DNA of 47,877 bases, taken from positions 1 to 47,877 of the forward strand of contig CAZMNE010000001.1 in assembly GCA_964567645.1 (NCBI GenBank). The letters run 5' to 3'. The stretch's first letter is position 1; each line of letters opens with the position of its first letter. Source of the stretch: an uncultured Gammaproteobacteria bacterium. Its GTDB lineage: Bacteria; Patescibacteriota; Patescibacteriia; Patescibacteriales; UBA12465. Of this stretch, positions 27,003 to 36,577 are shown piece by piece. The notes beneath the pieces were generated by a model that worked only from the letters and a program-made list of their open reading frames with translations, was not told the origin of the DNA and searched no databases. A program made the position numbers and the translations under genes.

Positions 27003-27048
27003 ACCTATCTATTCTGTTAATAAAAAATTATTAATAGAATAGATAGGT
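27003..27048. repeat. 46-nt near-perfect palindrome (21-bp stem, 4-nt loop)
   Basis: ACCTATCTATTCTGTTAATAA (27003-27023) / TTATTAATAGAATAGATAGGT (27028-27048). The single non-Watson-Crick position is G:T. No adjacent T-run. Confidence 0.85.
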
Positions 27049-27086
27049 AAATAATTAATAATTTTAAAATAAAGGAGGAATCAGAT

Positions 27087-27596
27087 ATGAAAAAGTTCTT
27101 TTTAATCGCAATCGTAGGAGGGTTAATCGCCCTCGGCACATCGTGTCAAAAGTATGAGTTTAATCCTGATGGTAGCTCAAATATTGACCCAGTTCCACCC
27201 GGAACAACTTATACCTGGCCAGGATGCAATCCTAAGCCGGTAGAATTTCTTGGAAAAACCGAAGCTCCGGGATGGGAAAATTGTTATGACTACTCATTCA
27301 GACTAAGTTTGGATGGAAGTCAAACCGACCCTAATCCGTTATCGTTGGAATCTTTTTCGATTCCACACGTAGGACCAGGTGGGAAAACAATTTACGAAAA
27401 TGTAGAAAATGATGCTACTTACACTATTACAAAAGTGTCTGGTGGGTACATTTACTACACAATCCGATCTGAACGCGGGCACACTCTTAAGTACAATATT
27501 TCCAAAAGAGATGGTACGAGAGAAGTATGGTTTTTGCGCCATGGATTGACGGTTGACGATGGAGTAAGTAATATGGTAACGTTTATAGCTGAATAG
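27087..27596 (+). CDS. small lipoprotein-type exported protein, compositional outlier
   Basis: MKKFFLIAIVGGLIALGTSC signal resembling that of 23547-24683. The only gene in the window with a strong SD (AAAGGAGGA, 7-nt spacing). G/P/T/Y-rich. Confidence 0.65.
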   Translation: MKKFFLIAIVGGLIALGTSCQKYEFNPDGSSNIDPVPPGTTYTWPGCNPKPVEFLGKTEAPGWENCYDYSFRLSLDGSQTDPNPLSLESFSIPHVGPGGKTIYENVENDATYTITKVSGGYIYYTIRSERGHTLKYNISKRDGTREVWFLRHGLTVDDGVSNMVTFIAE

Positions 27597-27623
27597 CTTA
27601 AGCGAACCACCCATCATAAACCC

Positions 27624-27653
27624 AAGGGTTGTCAAAAATGACAACCCTTTTTT
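27624..27653 (+). terminator. rho-independent terminator
   Basis: Stem AAGGGTTGTCA (27624-27634) / TGACAACCCTT (27639-27649), loop AAAA, then TTTT. Confidence 0.85.
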
Positions 27654-27654
27654 A

Positions 27655-27686
27655 ATTCAAAAAAGCCATCAATTAAGATGGCTTTT
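27655..27686 (-). terminator. rho-independent terminator for pyrG
   Basis: Stem AAAAGCCATC (27661-27670) / GATGGCTTTT (27677-27686). On the minus strand it is followed by TTTTTTG. Confidence 0.7.
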
Positions 27687-27704
27687 ATTGTATTTTAATA
27701 AGTT

Positions 27705-29369
27705 TTATTTTGCTTTTTTATTCTTTATTACTCTAACAAATTCAACAAATAAAGGATGGGGATCTAAGGGTCGAGAAATATATTCAGGATGAAATTGGAC
27801 CCCCACAAAAAAGGGATGATTTTTTAATTCAATAGCTTCAACAATTTTTCCATCTGGAGAAGTCCCTGAAATTATTAAACCTTTTTTAGTAAATAATTCA
27901 CGATAATCATTATTAAATTCATAACGATGACGATGACGCTCTAAAACAGTATCGGCTTTTTTCATTTTTTTATAAGCTTGTTGAAGAGTTGTTCCCTTTT
28001 GTAATTTACAAGGCCAAGCTCCTAAACGAATAGTCCCTCCGTATCCTTTTTCTCTAATAAGTTCAGCTTGTCCGGGCATAATATGAATAACTAAATTTTT
28101 ACTATTGGGATTAATTTCTTCCGAGACAGCATCTTTTAAACCACAAACATCTCTAGCAAATTCAATTACAGCCATTTGCATTCCATAACATAATCCAAAA
28201 TATGGAACTTTTTTTTCTCGACAATATTTAATAGTGGCAATTTTACCCTCAGAACCACGACTACCCCAACCCTGAGGAACAATTATTCCATCCAAATCTT
28301 TCAGACATTTAACACCCCTTTTTTCAACATCTTCGGTATCAATCCATTCTAATCTAGGTTTTACCTTATTAAAGGCTCCAGCATGTTTAATGGCCTCAAT
28401 CACTGAAATATATGAATCACTAAGGGAAAAGTCTCCAGTAGCAAAATATTTTCCAACAATACCAATCTTAATTTCTTTCTTGGAGCTTTTAATATCGGAA
28501 ATCATTTTTACCCATTTATTAGCGCCTTCTTTTGATTCTTTATTGGCCTTAGGTTTTAATTTTAATTTTTTTAAAACCTTTTCTCCTAAATTATTTTTTT
28601 CAAAATTAATAGGGACTTCATAAATAGAGTCAATATCTGGAGCAGCAATAACATCTTCGCTGGAAACATTACAATGGACAGCAATTTTCCCCCTTCTAAT
28701 GTCATCAATATCTTTTTCTGATCTAGCTACTATGAAATTTGGTTGAATTCCGGCAGTATTTAAAGTTCTAACCGCGTGTTGAGTTGGTTTAGTTTTCATT
28801 TCTCCAACCTTATTGGGGATTGGTAAATATGAAACCATTACGAATAAAACATCATCAGGATTTTTTAACTTCATAACTCTAGCAGCTTCTAAAAATAATA
28901 GATTTTCATATTCACCAACAGTTCCACCAATTTCAATCACCATTATTTCAGCTTTAGTTTTTTCAACCGCCTTATAAATTCTTTCTCTAATTTCTCTAGG
29001 GATATGAGGAACAACTTGAACGCACTTACCTTCGTATTCTAAATTTCTTTCTTTATTAATAACAGTTTGATAAACACGACCAGTAGTCATGTAATTCTCT
29101 TTATAAATATTTTTATTTAAGAATCTTTCATAATTTCCCACATCTTGATCGGTTTCGTCACCATCTTCGGTAACAAAAACCTCACCATGTTCCACTGGAT
29201 TCATGGTACCAGCATCAATATTGATATAAGGATCTATTTTAATAGCGCTGACATTATATCCCTTATTAGACAAAATTTGGCCAATAGAAGCAGCGGTTAT
29301 TCCCTTACCAACTCCAGACATAACCCCGCCAACCACAAAAATAAATTTAGTATTTTTTTTGCTAGACAT
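27705..29369 (-). CDS. pyrG: CTP synthase
   Basis: FVVGGVMSGVGKG N-terminus, GATase Cys motif GLCYGMQ, HRHRYEFN. 554 aa. Confidence 0.95.
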   Translation of the reverse strand: MSSKKNTKFIFVVGGVMSGVGKGITAASIGQILSNKGYNVSAIKIDPYINIDAGTMNPVEHGEVFVTEDGDETDQDVGNYERFLNKNIYKENYMTTGRVYQTVINKERNLEYEGKCVQVVPHIPREIRERIYKAVEKTKAEIMVIEIGGTVGEYENLLFLEAARVMKLKNPDDVLFVMVSYLPIPNKVGEMKTKPTQHAVRTLNTAGIQPNFIVARSEKDIDDIRRGKIAVHCNVSSEDVIAAPDIDSIYEVPINFEKNNLGEKVLKKLKLKPKANKESKEGANKWVKMISDIKSSKKEIKIGIVGKYFATGDFSLSDSYISVIEAIKHAGAFNKVKPRLEWIDTEDVEKRGVKCLKDLDGIIVPQGWGSRGSEGKIATIKYCREKKVPYFGLCYGMQMAVIEFARDVCGLKDAVSEEINPNSKNLVIHIMPGQAELIREKGYGGTIRLGAWPCKLQKGTTLQQAYKKMKKADTVLERHRHRYEFNNDYRELFTKKGLIISGTSPDGKIVEAIELKNHPFFVGVQFHPEYISRPLDPHPLFVEFVRVIKNKKAK

Positions 29370-29388
29370 AAAAATATTGTTATTTTAA

Positions 29389-30627
29389 TTATTTAATAAA
29401 AAAATTAATAGCTGCTTCTAATTGAGGGTCGCGATCATTTTCAAAATCTTCATAGGTTAGCTCAACTTCTTGATCAGGCTTGATTCCCTCTTCGTTAATA
29501 TTCTGTCCCATAGGCGTCAACCATTTAGCTACTGTAATTTTTATAGCTGAGCCATCATTTAAATTTTTAACCATCTGAACAGAGCCCTTTCCATAACTTT
29601 GCTCTCCGATAATAGTAGCCTTTTTATAATCCCTTAAAGCTCCAGCTAAAATTTCTGAGGCTGAGGCACTACCCTCGTTTATAATTATTACTGTTGAATA
29701 ATTTTTTAATCTATTTAAACCATCAGCTAAATATTCGGTGGTTTTTCCATTGGCAAATTGTTCTAAAACAGCCACTTCTCCATTAATCCATTCACCTAAC
29801 ATCATAACAGCCACTTCCAGATATCCGCCAGGATTATTCCTTAAATCAACAATAATTCCATCAGGATCTTGAGTTAAAATCTCTTTTATAGCTTGGGAAA
29901 ATAAGTAATTAGTATCACCATTAAAAGAGTTTATTTTTATTAAAAAAAGATTATTATCTAATTTTTCATAAGAAACACTTTTAATAGATATAACATCTCT
30001 AATTATCGTAAATTCTTTAATATCATCAAATCCATTTCGAAAAATACTCAAAACCACTTCCGTTCCCTTGGGTCCCTTTATTTTACTAACAGCCTCATTG
30101 ATATCCATATTTTGGGTTGACTCTCCGTTTATTTCTAAAATCTTATCTCCAGCCATTATTCCAACTTTTTGAGCCGGAGTTCCCTCTATCGGAGAAATAA
30201 CAGTCAAAAGATCGTCTCTAATACCTATTTCTGCTCCTATTCCTTCAAAAGTCCCAGACATATCTTCTTCAAACTGCTTGTTTTCTTGAGGATCCATAAA
30301 TTCAGAATAAGGATCATCCAATGAAGAAACCAACCCTTCCAAAGAGCCATAAAACAATTGCTTGTCGGCTAAATCATCTTTATTAACATAATCTTTTTTT
30401 AATAGATCCCAAACCTCCCAATACAAATCAAAGTCAGCATTTTGAACCCACTTATCATCCTGTTTTTCATATTTTCCAATAATTTTTCCTAAATATAAAA
30501 CTTCTTTTTCGGCCACTCGACTAACAATATTATTTTTAGTAGCCAAATAAGCACCCATCAAAAAAACAACCAGGAATATAATTATTCCGGCCAATATTTT
30601 CAAAATTATCTTTATTCCTTTCTTCAT
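29389..30627 (-). CDS. ctpA: S41-family carboxy-terminal processing protease with PDZ domain
   Basis: N-terminal TM helix, PDZ (GDKILEINGES), catalytic GSASASEILAGAL and GKGSVQ motifs. Confidence 0.9.
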   Translation of the reverse strand: MKKGIKIILKILAGIIIFLVVFLMGAYLATKNNIVSRVAEKEVLYLGKIIGKYEKQDDKWVQNADFDLYWEVWDLLKKDYVNKDDLADKQLFYGSLEGLVSSLDDPYSEFMDPQENKQFEEDMSGTFEGIGAEIGIRDDLLTVISPIEGTPAQKVGIMAGDKILEINGESTQNMDINEAVSKIKGPKGTEVVLSIFRNGFDDIKEFTIIRDVISIKSVSYEKLDNNLFLIKINSFNGDTNYLFSQAIKEILTQDPDGIIVDLRNNPGGYLEVAVMMLGEWINGEVAVLEQFANGKTTEYLADGLNRLKNYSTVIIINEGSASASEILAGALRDYKKATIIGEQSYGKGSVQMVKNLNDGSAIKITVAKWLTPMGQNINEEGIKPDQEVELTYEDFENDRDPQLEAAINFFIK

Positions 30628-30717
30628 CTTATTTTTTTATTTTTTTAAAACAAGTAACTTTTATATTTTAATTAAAAATAGAAAATTTAGCAAACCCCAT
30701 ATTCTAATTTCAATACT

Positions 30718-31236
30718 TTAACGGATAGCTGATTCTAACAATCTTAAAGTTTCAGGAACGAGCGGAGTTATCCAGTTAATACTTCCTACAAAAATAGGAG
30801 CCACATCAGAATTAGCTACTAAATTATTTAAAAAATCATTAGTTATGGCGTATCTAGACATAACAAAGATAATAACACCCAGAAAAAATAAACCCTGAAT
30901 TAAACCCAAAATTCCCCCCATAAATCTATTAACAAAAGAAATGATCGGAAGCGAAGTAACAATCTTTAAAATTTTAGCAATGAATTTAAAAATAAAACTC
31001 AAGGCATAATTTAAAATTATTAAAACCAATATAAAGGAAATAGTTTTGCCTAGACTTTCAGAGCCAAACCCAATAAACGGAATCATTTCATAAACTTTCA
31101 AATAAATATTTATCGATATTATTATGGAAACGATAGATGATCCTAAGTTTAAAATCATTCTAACTAATCCAATATAAAAACCATAAAGAATGAAACCGCC
31201 TAAAAATATTATTAGAATTAAATCAAAGATTGGCAT
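30718..31236 (-). CDS. cvpA: CvpA-family membrane protein
   Basis: 172 aa, four TM helices. N-terminus IFDLILIIFLGGFILYGFYIGLVR is typical of CvpA. Confidence 0.7.
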   Translation of the reverse strand: MPIFDLILIIFLGGFILYGFYIGLVRMILNLGSSIVSIIISINIYLKVYEMIPFIGFGSESLGKTISFILVLIILNYALSFIFKFIAKILKIVTSLPIISFVNRFMGGILGLIQGLFFLGVIIFVMSRYAITNDFLNNLVANSDVAPIFVGSINWITPLVPETLRLLESAIR

Positions 31237-31247
31237 AAAATAAAATA

Positions 31248-32708
31248 TTAATTAATTAATAGTTTTGGAAATAAAATTTCTCCTTTAATAATTTTATCAG
31301 CATTAAATTGAGCAATAATTTTATTAGCTGATTCTGGTATAAAAGAATAACTCAACAAAGCAATGTTTAAAATGTTTTCAGCTGATTTTTTTAGAATCTC
31401 CTTTTTTTCTAATCCTTCTTCCATTTTCCAAGGAGCTTTTTGACTTAGATATTCATCAGTTTCTTTTATTTTAGAAGCAATCACAGAAATTGCCTCATTT
31501 AATTTATAATCTTTCATTTTTTCTTGAAATAAATTAAAAAAGTCATTTTTTTTCTCTATTAAGGGAATGCCTTCTCGATATTTAATTTTTTCTAAAACTA
31601 TATCACTATCAGATTTTTCTATTAAATTAGAAACCCTAGCCACTAAATTACCAAGTCCATTTACTAAATCGCTGGTATATAGCCTCTCTAGTTTTTCATA
31701 AGAAAAATCACCGTCTTCAAAAGTGGAAATTTCTTTAGCTAAATAATACCTAACAATATCAGCTCCATATTTTTTAACTAACTCTACCGGATCGACAGTG
31801 TTTCCAGAGCTTTTAGAGATTTTTTGACCGTTAACCGTCAAGAATCCAAAAATCAAAACCTGCTCAGAAATATTCAGACCAGCTGACATCAACATGGCTG
31901 GCCACATAGCAGTTTGTGGCCTTAAATTATCTTTTCCACAAACCTGTAGTCCTGGCCAAAATTTATTAAACTCATCTAAATTATCGGGCCAACCAAGGCA
32001 AGAGATATAATTAACCAAAGCATCAAACCAGACATACATAACCTGACTATCATCATCTGGGACAGTTATCCCCCAGGGCATTTTTTCCTTAACTCGAGAA
32101 ATTGAAAAGTCATTTAAACCGCCTTCTACAAAACTAATAATTTCATTAAATTTACCTTTTGGTTTTACAAAATTAGGATTTTTTTTATAAAATTCTAATA
32201 ATTTATTTTGATATTTAGAAAATTTAAAAAAATAATTTTCTTCTTCAATTAATTCAATTTTCTGATTAGGATGAAGTGGGCAAATTCCATTTTCTAGCTC
32301 AGAGTCGGTTTTCTCCATTTCACAGCCTACGCAATACTTAACTTGATAATCTTTTTTATAAATATCACCATTATCCAGGCATTTTTTCCAAAAATTTTGC
32401 ACAGCCTTGATATGATCATCATCAGTAGTTCTAATAAAATTATTAAAACTTAAATTTAAGGTATCCTTTAATTTTATAAACTTATTAGAAAAACTGGAGC
32501 AATACTCCAAGGGATCAATCCCCATCTCAATAGCTTTTTGATAAATCTTTTGACCATGTTCATCGGTTCCAGTATTAAAAAAAACATTAAAACCTAGTTG
32601 TCTCTTGAATCTAGCTATAATATCAGCATTAATAATTTCTTTAGCAAAACCCAAATGAGGCTCAGAGTTAACATAGGGTAAGGTTGTAGTGATATAGAAA
32701 TTTTTCAT
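31248..32708 (-). CDS. metG: methionyl-tRNA synthetase (short form)
   Basis: YITTTLPYVNSEPHLGF (HIGH), Zn knuckle CVGC..CPLH, KISKSSGN (KMSKS). 486 aa, no C-terminal tRNA-binding appendix. Confidence 0.93.
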   Translation of the reverse strand: MKNFYITTTLPYVNSEPHLGFAKEIINADIIARFKRQLGFNVFFNTGTDEHGQKIYQKAIEMGIDPLEYCSSFSNKFIKLKDTLNLSFNNFIRTTDDDHIKAVQNFWKKCLDNGDIYKKDYQVKYCVGCEMEKTDSELENGICPLHPNQKIELIEEENYFFKFSKYQNKLLEFYKKNPNFVKPKGKFNEIISFVEGGLNDFSISRVKEKMPWGITVPDDDSQVMYVWFDALVNYISCLGWPDNLDEFNKFWPGLQVCGKDNLRPQTAMWPAMLMSAGLNISEQVLIFGFLTVNGQKISKSSGNTVDPVELVKKYGADIVRYYLAKEISTFEDGDFSYEKLERLYTSDLVNGLGNLVARVSNLIEKSDSDIVLEKIKYREGIPLIEKKNDFFNLFQEKMKDYKLNEAISVIASKIKETDEYLSQKAPWKMEEGLEKKEILKKSAENILNIALLSYSFIPESANKIIAQFNADKIIKGEILFPKLLIN

Positions 32709-32725
32709 AAAATATAAAAATAATG

Positions 32726-33394
32726 TTAATAAATTATTACCGTAAACTCTCCCTTGGTTGAGTTTTCATCTTGTTCAAATTTTTTATACAAAGAATCAAT
32801 ATCTTCATTATAAAAACTATAATGCATCTTGGTCATTTCTCGAAAAATCATTATCTTTCTATCAAATTTAAGATCTTTCAATTCTTTTAATAATTTTAAA
32901 ATTCGATGTTTTGACTCATAAAATATTACCGGATATTTACTATCCAATAACTCTTTTAGCATAGTTGATCTCCCCTTCTTATGTGGTAAAAAACCAAAAA
33001 AAGAAAACTTATCAGCTTTAATTCCAGAAACGGATAAGGCTGTGGTAATAGCTGAAACACCAGGAATTGGCTCAATATTAGACTCAGGCATCTTTTCTCT
33101 AATAAACTCTACTAATTGACCACCAGGATCGGATATATTAGGTGTCCCAGCGTCACTTATTAGGGCCAGTGATTTTCCTTCTCTTAATAAATTTAAAACT
33201 TTTAAATATTTATCATTTCCGGAATGATGATGAAAAGAAATTAATGGCTTTTTAATACTGTAATGATTCAATAGTTTGCTGGCCACTCTAGTATCCTCAG
33301 TTAAAATAAAATCAACTTCATTTAAAATCCTAAGTGCTCTCAAGGTGATATCCTCCAAATTACCAATTGGCGTAGCTACAATATATAAATTCAT
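32726..33394 (-). CDS. rsmI: 16S rRNA (cytidine1402-2'-O)-methyltransferase
   Basis: LYIVATPIGNLEDITLRALRIL, SDAGTP.ISDPG and EAP-less tetrapyrrole-methylase-fold pattern typical of RsmI. Confidence 0.88.
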   Translation of the reverse strand: MNLYIVATPIGNLEDITLRALRILNEVDFILTEDTRVASKLLNHYSIKKPLISFHHHSGNDKYLKVLNLLREGKSLALISDAGTPNISDPGGQLVEFIREKMPESNIEPIPGVSAITTALSVSGIKADKFSFFGFLPHKKGRSTMLKELLDSKYPVIFYESKHRILKLLKELKDLKFDRKIMIFREMTKMHYSFYNEDIDSLYKKFEQDENSTKGEFTVIIY

Positions 33395-33404
33395 AATAAT
33401 TTAT

Positions 33405-35114
33405 TTAATTTACCAAATTATCCTTTCTTTCTTTCATGTATTTTAACCAATCATCAAATATTTCTACAAAAACCTTAAAAGGAGCTTCGATAATAAAGTC
33501 TAAAACAAAAACAAAAACATTAACTTTAGAAGCATTATCTGACAAAAATTTACCCATAGCGATTATCGGGGTGTAAAAAAAGTCAAAAACAAACCCTAAT
33601 AACCCTTCTCTCGGCTCAATAATAATAAATTTTTTAATTTCTCTTTTAATTCTAAAACTAAAAAAACTGGCGAAAGTTAAAAAGAAAAGAAAGATAATAA
33701 TACTAACCCAATTAAAATCAATAAAATTTAGAACCTTGATAATAAAGTAAATAGTAACAAAAAAACCTCCTATATATAAAAGATTAAAAATAAAATCCAT
33801 CACCCAATTTCTTCGGGGAGGTTTTCTAAGTAAAATAGCATATTTTCTTCTTTTTTCACTAAAAACTATCTCCTCTACTCCATCAATTATTTTCTTAGTA
33901 TTTTCTTGAGCTGGTGACCAAGTAAATAAAATCATCATAAATAATAAAAATGCTGGGAAAGCTATATTTATTGCCAGAGAAAAGGGGTTTATCTCCTCTC
34001 CAAACCATTTAACCGCCGGAATTTCTATTAAAAAAACAAAGATAGATTTAGTTAAAAAGATATAAACAATACTACGAAAGCCAGATTTCCATAATTTATT
34101 TTTAATTCTTTTATATCTCTTTTCACAGGCCTCCTTAACTAAGTTAATGAAAGATTTATAATTATTCATAGCCTGATCATAAACCTTGATAGGATTATTT
34201 TCTATAATTTCTTTTAAGATAGAGAAATACAATGAATACGATTTTATTATTTTATCTAATTGTTTTTTTAAAGGATGTTCTAATTGCTGCTCTATGGCAG
34301 AATAAAGCACGTCTATCTTTTTAGAGATAGCCTCAATTTTCTCATTAGAATTATCCCCATCTATTTTTGACCAATCTTTATTATAATATTTAAATAATAT
34401 AAAACTTAACGAATCTAGATCAAAATTTAAAAAATTTCTAGCAATTCCAAGATAAATCTGAATATCTAGATCATTTTCAAAGGGCAAATCTCGAGGAAGT
34501 TTGATGTTATCCTTTAAAATATTAAACATATCACTAACAATTTCGTTCTCAACGTCATCTTTAGTGATATTATCCTCAATTTCAGCAGCCGCTAACGATA
34601 TAATCCAATTTAATAATTTATTTTCAGCCTTATTATTTCTTTTATTCTTGTTTTTCTTAGAAAAAAAATTAAAAGAAAAATTTTCTTTTTGGAAGCTATA
34701 ATATTTTAGTTTAATATATTTTTCCAAAATATTAGCTACTTCATAAATTTTTTTCTCAGGAATAGCATTATTTTCTAAATAACCAGCTTGAATTAACTCA
34801 GTTAAAAGATGAATAGATAATTCTTTACTTTTTGTTCCCTTAACTAAGCCCTCAATAACAATTTGACGTTTAAAAATACGTTTAATAGCGTTTTTTCTAA
34901 GCAAATGATCATCTTCGTAATCAACCGCGTTTCTAATTTTTTCATAAAAAAAGGCTAATCTAGAAACCATAGTAGATACTGTTATCTTTGACTCTCCCGA
35001 AGGATCATTTTCTGGTTTGTTTTTTTTAATATAAATAAGCTGAAATAATTTTTTAGCACTAATATTTAAATTAAATTTTCCTTCTTTTTTCTTAATTAAA
35101 TGGGGGCTAACCAT
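33405..35114 (-). CDS. polytopic membrane protein of unknown function
   Basis: 569 aa. About 340-aa soluble N-terminal region followed by about 6 predicted TM helices. No motif recognised. Confidence 0.6.
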   Translation of the reverse strand: MVSPHLIKKKEGKFNLNISAKKLFQLIYIKKNKPENDPSGESKITVSTMVSRLAFFYEKIRNAVDYEDDHLLRKNAIKRIFKRQIVIEGLVKGTKSKELSIHLLTELIQAGYLENNAIPEKKIYEVANILEKYIKLKYYSFQKENFSFNFFSKKNKNKRNNKAENKLLNWIISLAAAEIEDNITKDDVENEIVSDMFNILKDNIKLPRDLPFENDLDIQIYLGIARNFLNFDLDSLSFILFKYYNKDWSKIDGDNSNEKIEAISKKIDVLYSAIEQQLEHPLKKQLDKIIKSYSLYFSILKEIIENNPIKVYDQAMNNYKSFINLVKEACEKRYKRIKNKLWKSGFRSIVYIFLTKSIFVFLIEIPAVKWFGEEINPFSLAINIAFPAFLLFMMILFTWSPAQENTKKIIDGVEEIVFSEKRRKYAILLRKPPRRNWVMDFIFNLLYIGGFFVTIYFIIKVLNFIDFNWVSIIIFLFFLTFASFFSFRIKREIKKFIIIEPREGLLGFVFDFFYTPIIAMGKFLSDNASKVNVFVFVLDFIIEAPFKVFVEIFDDWLKYMKERKDNLVN

Positions 35115-35215
35115 ATAAGTATTTAATAAGTAAATTAAAAATTTTTGCCACTTTTGACACTATAATCATAATATAATAAATAAAATAAAAAATCAAACTA
35201 AATTCAATAAATCCC

Positions 35216-35244
35216 TTGACTTATTTTAGCTAATTTATTATTAT
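35216..35244 (+). promoter_or_regulatory. candidate promoter for secE-nusG-rplK-rplA (TTGACT-17 nt-TATTAT)
   Basis: TTGACT 35216-35221, 17-nt spacer, TATTAT 35239-35244, 49 nt upstream of secE. Confidence 0.45.
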
Positions 35245-35292
35245 ATAAACATAGCCAAGCAAGGCTGTTTTTAATTTAAATAATTATAGAAT

Positions 35293-35478
35293 ATGGGAAA
35301 AATTAATAATTATGTCAAAGAATCAATTATCGAGTTAAAAAAGGTAACCTGGCCAACAAAAAAAGAAACCTATCGATACACCTTTATGGTTATCGGGCTA
35401 AGTTTATTAGTGGCTATTTTTTTAGGCGCCCTAGACTTTGTTTTTAATTTGGGACTAAAAACCTTAATTACAAAATAA
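35293..35478 (+). CDS. secE: preprotein translocase subunit SecE
   Basis: 61 aa. ELKKVTWPTKKE followed by one TM helix. Canonical position upstream of nusG. Confidence 0.85.
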   Translation: MGKINNYVKESIIELKKVTWPTKKETYRYTFMVIGLSLLVAIFLGALDFVFNLGLKTLITK

Positions 35479-35488
35479 TAAAAACACT

Positions 35489-36034
35489 ATGGCTAAACAA
35501 AATTTAAATCAAGGTAAGCGCTGGTATGTTTTACACACCTATTCTGGATATGAAGAAAATGTTGCTCATAATTTAAAACAAAGAATAGAAACTTTGGATG
35601 CTAATGATAAAATCTTTAACGTTCTAGTGCCAATTGAAAAGAAAATTAAGATTAAAAATGGAAAAAGAAAAGTCGTTGAAGAAAAAATTTTCCCTGGATA
35701 TGTTTTAGTTGAGATGGTTGTTACTGATGAATCTTGGTATATTGTCAGAAACACTCCAAATGTAACTGGCTTTATTGGGGTTGGAACGGTTCCCACGCCA
35801 ATTAGCGAAAAAGAAGTTCAAGGTTTGATGAAGAGAATGGGCGTAGAAGAACCAAAATATAAAATTGATATTGAAATTGGTGAAATTGTAAAAATAAATG
35901 ATGGCCCTTTTAAAAATTTTGAAGGAAAAATAACCAATATTGATGAGGCTAAGGGAAAGGTTAAAGTCAATGTTTCTATGTTTGGTCGAGAAACTCCCGT
36001 AGAATTAGATTTTTTACAAATTAAAAAAATATAA
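35489..36034 (+). CDS. nusG: transcription termination/antitermination factor NusG
   Basis: WYVLHTYSGYE NGN start, FPGYVLVEM, C-terminal KOW (GEIVKINDGPFKNFEGKI). Confidence 0.93.
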   Translation: MAKQNLNQGKRWYVLHTYSGYEENVAHNLKQRIETLDANDKIFNVLVPIEKKIKIKNGKRKVVEEKIFPGYVLVEMVVTDESWYIVRNTPNVTGFIGVGTVPTPISEKEVQGLMKRMGVEEPKYKIDIEIGEIVKINDGPFKNFEGKITNIDEAKGKVKVNVSMFGRETPVELDFLQIKKI

Positions 36035-36101
36035 AACATAATAAAAAAATAATTTGATATCATTAGAAATGATTCGCTTCTTCAAATTATTATAAAAAAA
36101 T

Positions 36102-36527
36102 ATGGCAAAAAAATTACTAACCAAAATAAAATTACAAATAAACGCTGGGCAAGCTAATCCAGCTCCCCCAGTTGGTCCGGCCTTAGGTCAGCACGCTTTA
36201 AATATCCAAGATTTTTGTTCTAAGTTTAATGAAGCTAGTAAGGATAGAATGGGAGAAGTTGTTCCCGTAGAAATTAGTGTTTATGAGGACAGAACTTTTG
36301 ATTTTATTATGAAATCACCACCAGCTGCCGAATTAATAAAGAAATATGCTAAAATTTCTAAGGGATCTGGAAAACCATTAAATCAAAAAGTTGGTTCATT
36401 AACTAAAGAACAATTATCTGAAGTAGCTAAAGCTAAAATGTCAGATCTAAACACTGAGGATGTTGAACAGGCCATGAAAATAATTGCTGGCACTGCTAGA
36501 CAAATGGGCGTAGAAATAAAAGATTAA
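36102..36527 (+). CDS. rplK: 50S ribosomal protein L11
   Basis: [22 protein letters not shown] signature. 141 aa. Confidence 0.96.
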   Translation: MAKKLLTKIKLQINAGQANPAPPVGPALGQHALNIQDFCSKFNEASKDRMGEVVPVEISVYEDRTFDFIMKSPPAAELIKKYAKISKGSGKPLNQKVGSLTKEQLSEVAKAKMSDLNTEDVEQAMKIIAGTARQMGVEIKD

Positions 36528-36577
36528 ATTAATTAATAAGGTGGGAGAATAATATTCGCTATAACCACTATAAAACT

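Noticed and set aside
35245-35292. Small hairpin (AGCC..GGCT) followed by a T-run in the secE leader, considered as an attenuator.
   Set aside because: The stem is only 4-5 bp with mismatches. This is insufficient evidence.
36528-36577. Possible L1 autoregulatory rRNA mimic (GGUGGGAGAAUAAUAUUCGCUAUAACCAC) in the rplK-rplA spacer.
   Set aside because: Only a 5-bp outer stem (four Watson-Crick pairs plus a G:U) and a weak AT-rich inner stem can be drawn. The resemblance to the L1-stalk GGGAG element is too short to distinguish from chance without covariation data.
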